Of a stretch of 27,154 bases of DNA, positions 7,965 through 15,807 are shown one piece after another. Position 1 is the first letter of the stretch. Each line of letters starts with the position of its first letter. This DNA comes from Myxococcota bacterium (lineage in GTDB: Bacteria; Myxococcota; SpSt-1050), in contig JBMFOP010000041.1 of NCBI GenBank assembly GCA_049969675.1, positions 1 through 27,154 on the forward strand, in the 5' to 3' direction. The notes under the pieces are model-generated. The model had not been told where the DNA came from. It did not search any database and saw nothing but the letters and a program-made list of their open reading frames with translations. A program made the position numbers and the translations under genes.

Positions 7965-8198
7965 TTAATTCTCTATAATCTCAAGGACCGAACGCTTCTT
8001 CATCTTGGTTGATGCAGCGCTCAGAATGGTCCTCATTGCGCGGGCGGTCCTGCCCTGTTTGCCGATTACTTTGCCGAGGTCTTCTTTGGCGACCTTCAGT
8101 TCAATTACAGAAGTCTGCTCTCCCTCCACCTCTTTGACTTCTACGGCCTCTGGTTTGTCAACAAGTGACTTTGCAATAAATTCAATCAATTGCTTCAT
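7965..8198 (-). CDS. khpA: KH-domain RNA-binding protein (UPF0109)
   Basis: [34 protein letters not shown]; lies between rpsP and rimM. Confidence 0.93.
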   Translation of the reverse strand: MKQLIEFIAKSLVDKPEAVEVKEVEGEQTSVIELKVAKEDLGKVIGKQGRTARAMRTILSAASTKMKKRSVLEIIEN

Positions 8199-8276
8199 CT
8201 TCTACCTCCACTTTTGATGGTTGATTGATACCAAAAACTGGTAAACAAATTCCACAAATAACTCCAAAATCTGATA

Positions 8277-8531
8277 TTATGCAGGCATATTAGCCTTCCG
8301 CACTACCTTAATAAGGCTCTTCACCGTATCCGTCGGCTTTGCGCCCTTCTTTATCCAGCTATCATACTTATTCAAGTCTACCTTGATGTTATCCTTCTCA
8401 GCCCTCGGATTGTAAAAGCCAATCTGCTCAATATGGTTGCTCAGATTGATATTTTCAGAATTAGTTACAATAATCCTGTAGCTCGGTTGCTTCTTGGAAC
8501 CTATCCTTGCAAGTCTGATTCTAACTGCCAT
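8277..8531 (-). CDS. rpsP: 30S ribosomal protein S16
   Basis: MAVRIRLARIGSKKQPSYRIIV, IEQIGFYNP, WIKKGAKPTDTV. Confidence 0.97.
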   Translation of the reverse strand: MAVRIRLARIGSKKQPSYRIIVTNSENINLSNHIEQIGFYNPRAEKDNIKVDLNKYDSWIKKGAKPTDTVKSLIKVVRKANMPA

Positions 8532-8567
8532 AGTAAAAACTACTCCTTTCCTAAAAAAGAGACTACT

Positions 8568-8596
8568 CTTATAACATAAAAGAAATAGTTTTGCAA
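8568..8596 (-). promoter_or_regulatory. Putative sigma70 promoter of the rpsP operon
   Basis: Minus strand TTGCAA (8596-8591), 17 nt spacer ending in TGT, TATAAG (8573-8568). Confidence 0.65.
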
Positions 8597-8619
8597 CAGG
8601 AATTTATCCATAACCATAA

Positions 8620-10833
8620 TCAGAGGTCTTTACAGGGAGTGCCACCAGATATATTGGAGATAATCCAGTTTGAACTATCAAAGAGAATAGATTTATTTAC
8701 TCTAACTATAGATGTCCCTTCCTTTGAGGCAACCAGTTTAGAATTGAAGACATCCATCAAAACACCGTTATAAAAAAGGCATAATGTCTCAGGAGAATTA
8801 TTTCTCAGGTCTCTATTAATGATCTTATCGGCACCAGACATAAGCAGGCATTGAGGATTATTGCCATAAAAGGTTGAGTTATTTGAAACAATCAGTCCTA
8901 TCTCATTTGGGGACAGAATATCCTTTGAGAATTTATTCATCTGCACATTATTTCCGTTACAATCCCCGATAGAAATCAGATTTGTTTTGATATTTGTCCT
9001 CCCAATATTAATAATCTCAATAAACTCGGATGCAGAATCAACTCCAACCGGATTCGGAAGAATCTCGTTAATAATGACTGACTCCTCGTTCTGTGAAACC
9101 TCTCTGGTCCTATATCTCAAAACATCAGAGGACTGATTAAAGACATCAATACAATATACATTGACGAAATATTCCTTGTATGCATCCTGGATATGAATAA
9201 TATATTCAAATCGCTGACCAAAACTATATGATGAATACGAAAATCCCTCATCCAGATCCTCCTTGTAGATAAAATCTACAAAGAGCATGCAGGGGACACT
9301 GGAATCTACCTCAACAAATAGATTATCCTTTATCTGGAAAAAATTTATAATCTTTAATTCCGGCCTCTGGCTCTCATAAGGTTCTATAAAATTTATAGAT
9401 ATATCGGTCTTCTCCCCGTTAACAAAGAGTGTCATATCTTCCGGGCCCTCAATATCATCTGAGATTGTACATAAATATCTATTCTTCTGTTTTTGAGTTA
9501 CACAGGTAAGTCTTAACTTCTGGATCATCCCTACAAGATAGACTGAGGCTTCATTGAGATTATACTTTTTGGAAACAAATTCAAGATATTTTGTATTTGA
9601 ATAGACTGTGGTCATTGAAGGGTAGTATAACAGAAGTGGAGGGGCATCTGGAGTCTTTATTCTGCCAATAACTGTATCCTGAGGATACGAATTGCCATAA
9701 TTATCCTTTAATATACTGGTTGCCACAATTGAATATTCCGATTCGTAGTCCAATCTATCAATTGGGGAAAAACTGATAACACCATCTGATATTTTTGTAA
9801 TACCCATAATCTTTTTACCATCATCTGATATAAGATACAGGCAGTTCTCATACTCACAATAGACATCTTCATCAAATTCGAGCCTAATCTCAATATCTCC
9901 ATTTCTCTCAATTGTGTTAGAACCTTTTAATTGTGGTGGGAAGATATCCCTCATATAAATACTATTCTGCATATCTGGAGTAGAACCCTGAGGGGCGATC
10001 GAATAACCCCAATTTCTCTCGTTGGATGAAATATGTGGATTGATCCTCTCAAAAGATACCCCTTTCTTTGTCTTTAAAAATGGTCTGAACTCATTTAATA
10101 TCATACCCCGCTCATCCAACAACTGGATGCTCCTTAAAGAGGTATTTGAAAGTCCATTCTTCCCGAATTTACCATCTACATATATCAATGGTTCAGTGGT
10201 AAATTCCTTCACATCACTTAAAATAATCCTCTGTGACATAGCAGCCAATCTAAATGAGCCATTACGGAATAATAGCCTCTGGGGTCTATTTTCATCAACT
10301 TTTATAAAATAACCTCTTAGATCAACCTCTGAATCTGAACAATTGAAGAGCTCAATAAACTCCTTACCGAATCTATCATCCGGGTAGTTCAAGACCTCAT
10401 TGATGACCAGACAGGGGTTGAGATTCTTCTTCCCCTTAATAAAATAGGTTTCGTTAGAGAGATAATTCCCTCCATAATAGTAGGAAAGCAACAAATTGTC
10501 TGTTGAGAGTATACTCCCCTTTAGTAGCAACTTATAGTTTTTCTCGGGTTCAATATTCTCTGCATAGATAGTAAGGATATCTCCTTCTTCGTTAAATGAA
10601 TATGCAGATATTGGGTAGAGACAGTTTTCACACAAAGAATCAACAATCTGGACATTGGAATCTGAGAATTTTTCTCTATTGAGTGGTCTGGTGAAATGGA
10701 TATCTACTTTGATTGTGTCTTCAAACTCGCCAGATTGTGGAACGAGGTCACTTACAAAAAATTCCATCTCATCCGAGGAGTTGAGACAGGAGAATAATAG
10801 GGAGATGAATGAAAGAATTAGAAAGAATTTCAT
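8620..10833 (-). CDS. Large lipoprotein with two lamin-tail domains (LTD) and Ig-like (Big_5-type) domains
   Basis: Lipobox LLFS-C. LTD motifs occur twice (LVINEVL..P.....EFIELFN.....VDLRGY...SFER...NW...STP...NS and VIINEILPNP.G.D...EFIEIIN...L.N...SIVR...NW...GTP). Ig-like segments IHFTRPLN...LTIY...EPEKNYKL and LEFDEDV...FSP...LDYESEYSI...KDNYGN. AAGGAGG RBS. Confidence 0.8.
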   Translation of the reverse strand: MKFFLILSFISLLFSCLNSSDEMEFFVSDLVPQSGEFEDTIKVDIHFTRPLNREKFSDSNVQIVDSLCENCLYPISAYSFNEEGDILTIYAENIEPEKNYKLLLKGSILSTDNLLLSYYYGGNYLSNETYFIKGKKNLNPCLVINEVLNYPDDRFGKEFIELFNCSDSEVDLRGYFIKVDENRPQRLLFRNGSFRLAAMSQRIILSDVKEFTTEPLIYVDGKFGKNGLSNTSLRSIQLLDERGMILNEFRPFLKTKKGVSFERINPHISSNERNWGYSIAPQGSTPDMQNSIYMRDIFPPQLKGSNTIERNGDIEIRLEFDEDVYCEYENCLYLISDDGKKIMGITKISDGVISFSPIDRLDYESEYSIVATSILKDNYGNSYPQDTVIGRIKTPDAPPLLLYYPSMTTVYSNTKYLEFVSKKYNLNEASVYLVGMIQKLRLTCVTQKQKNRYLCTISDDIEGPEDMTLFVNGEKTDISINFIEPYESQRPELKIINFFQIKDNLFVEVDSSVPCMLFVDFIYKEDLDEGFSYSSYSFGQRFEYIIHIQDAYKEYFVNVYCIDVFNQSSDVLRYRTREVSQNEESVIINEILPNPVGVDSASEFIEIINIGRTNIKTNLISIGDCNGNNVQMNKFSKDILSPNEIGLIVSNNSTFYGNNPQCLLMSGADKIINRDLRNNSPETLCLFYNGVLMDVFNSKLVASKEGTSIVRVNKSILFDSSNWIISNISGGTPCKDL

Positions 10834-10835
10834 AA

Positions 10836-11381
10836 TTAATCCTCCTTTTTATGAATTGTCTTGAATTTATGACAGGTAAGTATATCTATCTTTGCGTTCA
10901 GGAGATGATACTCCCGCTCAAGAGACTCTCTCTCCAAATTATCTTTTGCATCTTCAAGCCTCTTTATAATATCTTTTAATCTATAATAGGTCTCAGATAG
11001 CACCTCCGAGAGAGAAATATACTTTTCAAGGCTCGATTGATACTCTCTTTTGATATTCAGCTCCTCCTTTGAGAAGAGCAGTTCATCAAATGACCAGATG
11101 AGAGTCGCCTCAACCACCCAGCCATTCTTGAAATTTGTCAATAGATATGGGGAGCTCTCAGCGAGTTTATTTGTCTCAATGTCATTCTCTTCAAACCTGC
11201 CGCCTATCTTAAATTGAGGGAGTAAAGCCTTTAATTTTGAATCTTGAATCTTCTCTTTTGTCCTATCTGGATTGAACATTATGCATTCATCCATAGCCTT
11301 CATCAACTTCCCCAATTCTACTGGTTCTTTGAAACTTACATCCTCTGCTACGATAAGAATCATAAATAAGGTCTCTATCAT
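10836..11381 (-). CDS. Hypothetical protein resembling a single TolC/OEP repeat
   Basis: Start set at ATG 11381 after AGGAGG (181 aa). Short hydrophobic N-terminus, helical region, ALLPQFKIGGRF and WVVEATLIWSFDELLF (amphipathic strands), then long helices ending LNAKIDILT. The ORF is confident; the fold is an inference. Confidence 0.6.
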   Translation of the reverse strand: MIETLFMILIVAEDVSFKEPVELGKLMKAMDECIMFNPDRTKEKIQDSKLKALLPQFKIGGRFEENDIETNKLAESSPYLLTNFKNGWVVEATLIWSFDELLFSKEELNIKREYQSSLEKYISLSEVLSETYYRLKDIIKRLEDAKDNLERESLEREYHLLNAKIDILTCHKFKTIHKKED

Positions 11382-11424
11382 CCACTCCTCCTGATGAGCC
11401 CGAAGGCGATGTTTGACTATTTGT

Positions 11425-11440
11425 ATCAAGTTTCATACCA
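11425..11440 (-). promoter_or_regulatory. Possible sigma54 (-24/-12) promoter
   Basis: TGGTATGAAACTTGAT versus consensus TGGCACG-N4-TTGC(A/T): exact spacing, but the -12 C is replaced by A. It lies about 45 nt upstream of ATG 11381. Confidence 0.4.
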
Positions 11441-11744
11441 GTTTAATGATAGATAGATAGAGGAGGTCAAATTAATAAAGATTTTATTTTATATGATTGG
11501 ACCTGACGATTTAGTTGCAATTGTGTAATTATAACCTGCACTTTTATAACACTTTATAGTTGGTCATTTAATAGCATTTATTTTCTTTACTCCGGGCTAG
11601 TTTTTTGGCCAGTTAGAATTCAATTTTAACTGAGGTAAGTTTAATATGTATTAAGAATCTGGATATCTATATTATCTACCTTACTTACTTCAATTAACAC
11701 ATTTTAAATACTCCATCATTCCAGATGTGGGTCGGTACATATTC

Positions 11745-12974
11745 TTATGTTTCAGAGAATTGGGTTCGCATCTTGATTATCTTCTCTACCATCCTCTTCC
11801 CTTCTCTCCACCATCCCTTCGCCCTCCCGTCTCTCTCAAGCCTATCAAGTAATCTCAGAGTAGTCTCGTCCAGAGGTGATGGATTCTCATAGTACATCTG
11901 TGTCCCGGCAAGAGGTAAGAAGTAGTGGATATGTAGTCTGGAAGGAAATCTCTTATTTAAATCCCTGAACCTGTTTAATGTATGGTGTCGCTCCTCTGGA
12001 CTCTCATCTGGAAATCCTATTATAATATCCACAATAGAATAAAACCCGTATCTGTGAGCAGATTCCATTGTGCTCTCTATATCCAGTGATGTATGACCAC
12101 GTCTAATCTTCTTTAATCTCTCGTCCACAAAACTTTGAGCACCGATGACTATCTTTCTATTCTTTGTGTACTTTGAAAGTACTCTGAAATACTCATCCGT
12201 ATCTCTATGGGGTCTTATCTCGGATGGGAACTGCCCGTATTCAATGATTTCTATACCTTTTGAAGATAGATACTCAAAGAGCTGCAACATATTTTCTGGA
12301 CTACGTTCATCCTTTACAAATCTTATGTCAAAGGCATCAGGTGAGACAAATGAGAATCTTTTGAATCCTAAAGAGAGAAAATCAGTGATATACTCATCAA
12401 TCGCTTCTCTTGATTTGTATATCTGCTTATTGAGTCTTGTGCAACTCTGACAATAACTGCACCTGAATCTACAACCTCGTTGTAGCTCCAGAGGTGGAAA
12501 ATAGTTGTTTGCAAAAGATGCAAAACTCCTTTTATTCCACAAAAATGGGGTCTTGCCATAAATGATCTTTCCCTTCTCTCTTACTCCGCCTGCTTCAAGG
12601 TATGATTTAAGGAAGGTAGAGAAACTCTCCTCACTATATCCGGAGAAGACTATGTCAAATCCAGATTTTATCAATGAATGAGGGTCACCATCTGCGTGGG
12701 GGCCACCGGCAATATATAGAATGTCTTTTATACCTTCGGTTGCCCTGATTATCTTTTTGATATCTCTATATCTATCATAAAAATTTACAGTGGTGATTGA
12801 GAATAAAACTATGTTTGGCACTGAGTTATCTATCTTGCTTAAGATATCCTCAGAACTTTCAGAATATTGGATTAAAAAGTCTTTTTCCAGATTGGAGTAT
12901 CTTATCGCGGCAATAAGTGCTGAGATTGAATTACGTATCTCCTGAGTAAATAAAAATATCAGGTTGGGCTTCAT
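11745..12974 (-). CDS. B12-binding domain / radical SAM protein (TIGR04013-like)
   Basis: N-terminal cobalamin-binding-like region (FSITT, IAGGPHADGDP, GFDIVFSGYSE), ELQRGCRFRCSYCQ (CxxxCxxC), SEIRP, IGAQS, IRRGHT, HYFLPLAGT. Confidence 0.8.
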   Translation of the reverse strand: MKPNLIFLFTQEIRNSISALIAAIRYSNLEKDFLIQYSESSEDILSKIDNSVPNIVLFSITTVNFYDRYRDIKKIIRATEGIKDILYIAGGPHADGDPHSLIKSGFDIVFSGYSEESFSTFLKSYLEAGGVREKGKIIYGKTPFLWNKRSFASFANNYFPPLELQRGCRFRCSYCQSCTRLNKQIYKSREAIDEYITDFLSLGFKRFSFVSPDAFDIRFVKDERSPENMLQLFEYLSSKGIEIIEYGQFPSEIRPHRDTDEYFRVLSKYTKNRKIVIGAQSFVDERLKKIRRGHTSLDIESTMESAHRYGFYSIVDIIIGFPDESPEERHHTLNRFRDLNKRFPSRLHIHYFLPLAGTQMYYENPSPLDETTLRLLDRLERDGRAKGWWREGKRMVEKIIKMRTQFSET

Positions 12975-13900
12975 AGATTGCAGAATACACTATGTGTCTC
13001 GGAAATCTTCCTCTCAACCAGCAGAGTTTTATTACATCTATCAATCTCCCTGCATCTGGTAAAAGGGCAATTGAATTTTGCATCAACATCAACTTTTGAA
13101 TAATTATCTGAATTCAGTATTGTTTCATCTACCTTAAATGTAGACGCCTCAATGAGTTCTCTTGTATAGGGGTGGACTGGGTCTGTAAATATCTCATCTA
13201 TCTTCCCCCTCTCCACAATCCTGCCATTAAAAAGTATATAAATATAATCACAGAGGAATTTTACCACAGAGAGGTCGTGAGATATCATAAGATATCTCAC
13301 ATTCAATTCTTCTTTGAGATCATAGAGAAGATTGAGTATCTGAGTCTGAACCGATATATCAAGGGCACTCACCGGCTCATCACATATAATAAAAGATGGA
13401 TTTAAGATTAATGCACGGGCTATAGATATTCTCTGCCTTTGGCCCCCGGATATCTGATGTATGTATCTGTTGCTTATATCCTTTGATAATGAGACCAGCG
13501 AGAGGGAATGTTCTATCATATCGTCAATATCACCTTTGACCCCATTTATAATAAGTGGTTCGGCAAGAATATCCCGTATCGTCATCCTTGGATTAAACTG
13601 CGAGGAGGGATCCTGAAATATCATCTGGCAGTGCTCTCTATATCTTCTGAGATCTTCACGGTTGAGAGAGAAGATATCCCTTCCGAAGTATTCAATCCTA
13701 CCTCCATCTGGCCTCAATATTCTCATAAGGAGTCTTGCAATTGTGGTCTTTCCAGAGCCACTCTCTCCAATCAGTCCAACGGAATCTCCCTCTTCAATAG
13801 CCATCTCATCAATATCAAGGACCGGATGTCTCTCTTTTCGGGAAAAATATCCCCCTCGTTCAAAATATTTTTTAAGATTTTTTATATAGAACCTTCTCAC
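12971..13900 (-). CDS. Oligopeptide/dipeptide ABC transporter ATP-binding subunit (OppF/DppF-like)
   Basis: GESGSGKTT, MIFQDP, ISGGQRQRI, IICDEPVSALD, ISHDL, HPYT and a C-terminal Cys cluster; GTG start. Confidence 0.92.
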   Translation of the reverse strand: MRRFYIKNLKKYFERGGYFSRKERHPVLDIDEMAIEEGDSVGLIGESGSGKTTIARLLMRILRPDGGRIEYFGRDIFSLNREDLRRYREHCQMIFQDPSSQFNPRMTIRDILAEPLIINGVKGDIDDMIEHSLSLVSLSKDISNRYIHQISGGQRQRISIARALILNPSFIICDEPVSALDISVQTQILNLLYDLKEELNVRYLMISHDLSVVKFLCDYIYILFNGRIVERGKIDEIFTDPVHPYTRELIEASTFKVDETILNSDNYSKVDVDAKFNCPFTRCREIDRCNKTLLVERKISETHSVFCNL

Positions 13901-14271
13901 TTCTTTGTATTTAATATAACCGCCCTTCTTTTGGGTCTGCGAGTGATGATATGTTCAATCAGATCCCGACTATATTGAGTGAGTTTTGTAAAGACTATCC
14001 CCATACCACTCTTGTGTTTTCCGCCCGGCCTGACCACCCTCACCACCTCCCCCTCCCCCTCAATCGTCTCTATCTTATCAAGCATCACTGTAAATCGGAG
14101 CTTTACCTTTGTCCCTTTTGGAAGGGGATTATCTGACACAATAAAAGCACCGCTCTTTGAAATATTCGCTACATACTCATTAATAAAATCTTCAAGACTC
14201 TGGAATTCTTTGTTGATAGTAATTCTCTTCTCTCGCCTCTGACCGCCGAAAAAAAGTTCTTCCTTATCCAT
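13897..14271 (-). CDS. Stand-alone PilZ domain protein (myxobacterial TIGR02266-like)
   Basis: RREKR (RxxxR) and NISKSG (D/NxSxxG) motifs; PLPKGT.V.L.F, GEGEVVRV, GMGIVF. Confidence 0.88.
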   Translation of the reverse strand: MDKEELFFGGQRREKRITINKEFQSLEDFINEYVANISKSGAFIVSDNPLPKGTKVKLRFTVMLDKIETIEGEGEVVRVVRPGGKHKSGMGIVFTKLTQYSRDLIEHIITRRPKRRAVILNTKK

Positions 14272-14292
14272 AATATTCCTCCAGACAATAAT

Positions 14293-15807
14293 TCAGTCCT
14301 CCACCTCGTACTGCTCAAGGTGGAACTCTGCCATTGGTTCTATAACTATAGCCTTTTTATATCTTTTTTCAATATCTTCTATAAATGGTTTATTCTCCTG
14401 ATAGAGTGAATCTACCACCACAGGATGAGCCTTTACCCTTATGATTTCACCCGAGGTAATATGTGCCTTCTGTTCAACTTCCCGTGCAATCTCATATACA
14501 ATCGTGTTCTTACTCTTTATAAAACCCTTTCCGTCACAATAGTGACAGGGCTCAGAGATAAGTCGTGTTATACTATCAGTCGTCCTCTTCCGGGTCATCT
14601 CCACGAGGCCAAGTTCAGAAATACGAGAGGTAGTTGTCTTTACCCTATCCTTTTTAAGTTCAGCCTCTAATTTCCTGATTACCTTTTCTCGATTGGATGG
14701 CTTATTCATATCAATAAAGTCAATTATAATGATACCACCGATATTTCTCAGTCTGATCTGATATGCTATCTCCTGAGCTGCCTCAAGATTGGTTCTGGTG
14801 ATGGTCTCCTCCAGATTTCTCTTGCCGACATACTTGCCTGTATTGACATCTATAACGGTTAATGCCTCTGCCTGATCTATCACAATATATCCTCCGGACC
14901 TGAGCCATACCTTCCTTGCAAGAAGTCGCGATATCGTATTTTCCAGCCCAAATGCCTCAAATAAAGGCTCTCTCTCGTCATAATATCTGACTCTTCTTGA
15001 CATAAAAGGGATGTAAAGCTGCACAAACTCTTTTATCTCATCATATAGTGCCTTATCGTCCACAATTATATTATTTACAGTCTCATTGCAATAGTCACGG
15101 ACAATTTTTAATGGGAGGCTAAACTCCTGATATATACACTCCCTTGCAGGGGATTTTTCATACCTCTTTAAGATATTATTCCAGAGCTGTGTTAAGAGCT
15201 CCATATCTGCAACGATATTCTCCTCTCTCTCATCCTCTGCATTGGTTCTGGCAATAAATCCAGTATTGAGAGGTCGGTGTTGCTCAAGTATCTTTTTGAG
15301 CCTATCCCGTTCTTTCTGGTTTGAAATCTTGTGAGAGACACCTATATGGTCAATCGTAGGCATAAATACTACAAATCTGCCCGGAAGTGTAATATGGGTG
15401 GTGAGTCTCGCCCCTTTTGTAGATATAGGGTCCTTTACTATCTGCACAAGTATCTTATCTTTCTCTTTTATGAGTTTCTCAATGCTTACCTTCTTGCTTA
15501 TAATATGCTCTTCACACTCCTCTGTGCCTTCAAACCCTTCATCCTCACACCACTTCTCCTCCATCCTCTGCAAAAGCCTATCCGCAACTATATCGCTCAC
15601 ATACAGGAATGCCGCACGTTCAAGCCCTATATCTACAAATGCCGCCTGCATACCCGGGAGCACCCGTATGACCTCTCCCTTATATATATTTCCGACAAGC
15701 CTCTTATCTGATTTTCGCTCAATATGCAACTCCACTGGCTGGTCATTCTCTATAATCGCTATCCTTGATTCATACTCTCTGTGATTAATCAAAATTAAAT
15801 TTTTCAT
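14293..15807 (-). CDS. rng: Ribonuclease G (Rne/Rng family)
   Basis: VGNIYKG.V.RVLPGMQAAFVDIG, KGARLTT, EALTVIDVNTG, RLRNIGGIIIIDFIDM, GLVEMTRKR, CHYCDGKG; 504 aa with no long C-terminal scaffold. Confidence 0.93.
   Translation of the reverse strand: MKNLILINHREYESRIAIIENDQPVELHIERKSDKRLVGNIYKGEVIRVLPGMQAAFVDIGLERAAFLYVSDIVADRLLQRMEEKWCEDEGFEGTEECEEHIISKKVSIEKLIKEKDKILVQIVKDPISTKGARLTTHITLPGRFVVFMPTIDHIGVSHKISNQKERDRLKKILEQHRPLNTGFIARTNAEDEREENIVADMELLTQLWNNILKRYEKSPARECIYQEFSLPLKIVRDYCNETVNNIIVDDKALYDEIKEFVQLYIPFMSRRVRYYDEREPLFEAFGLENTISRLLARKVWLRSGGYIVIDQAEALTVIDVNTGKYVGKRNLEETITRTNLEAAQEIAYQIRLRNIGGIIIIDFIDMNKPSNREKVIRKLEAELKKDRVKTTTSRISELGLVEMTRKRTTDSITRLISEPCHYCDGKGFIKSKNTIVYEIAREVEQKAHITSGEIIRVKAHPVVVDSLYQENKPFIEDIEKRYKKAIVIEPMAEFHLEQYEVED

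Noticed and set aside
11382..11429. TTG start at 11429 for the OEP-like gene
   Set aside because: It lies within the putative promoter; ATG 11381 has a strong RBS.
11461..11528. + strand AGGAGG followed by the mini-ORF MIGPDDLVAIV
   Set aside because: The RBS-like sequence is about 26 nt from the ATG, which is too far, and there is no other support.
11560..11744. Possible ncRNA, riboswitch or gene remnant upstream of the OEP-like/LTD operon
   Set aside because: I could not recognise a cobalamin, c-di-GMP or other riboswitch core, and the frames I translated gave only short motif-less peptides. An Rfam scan would settle it.
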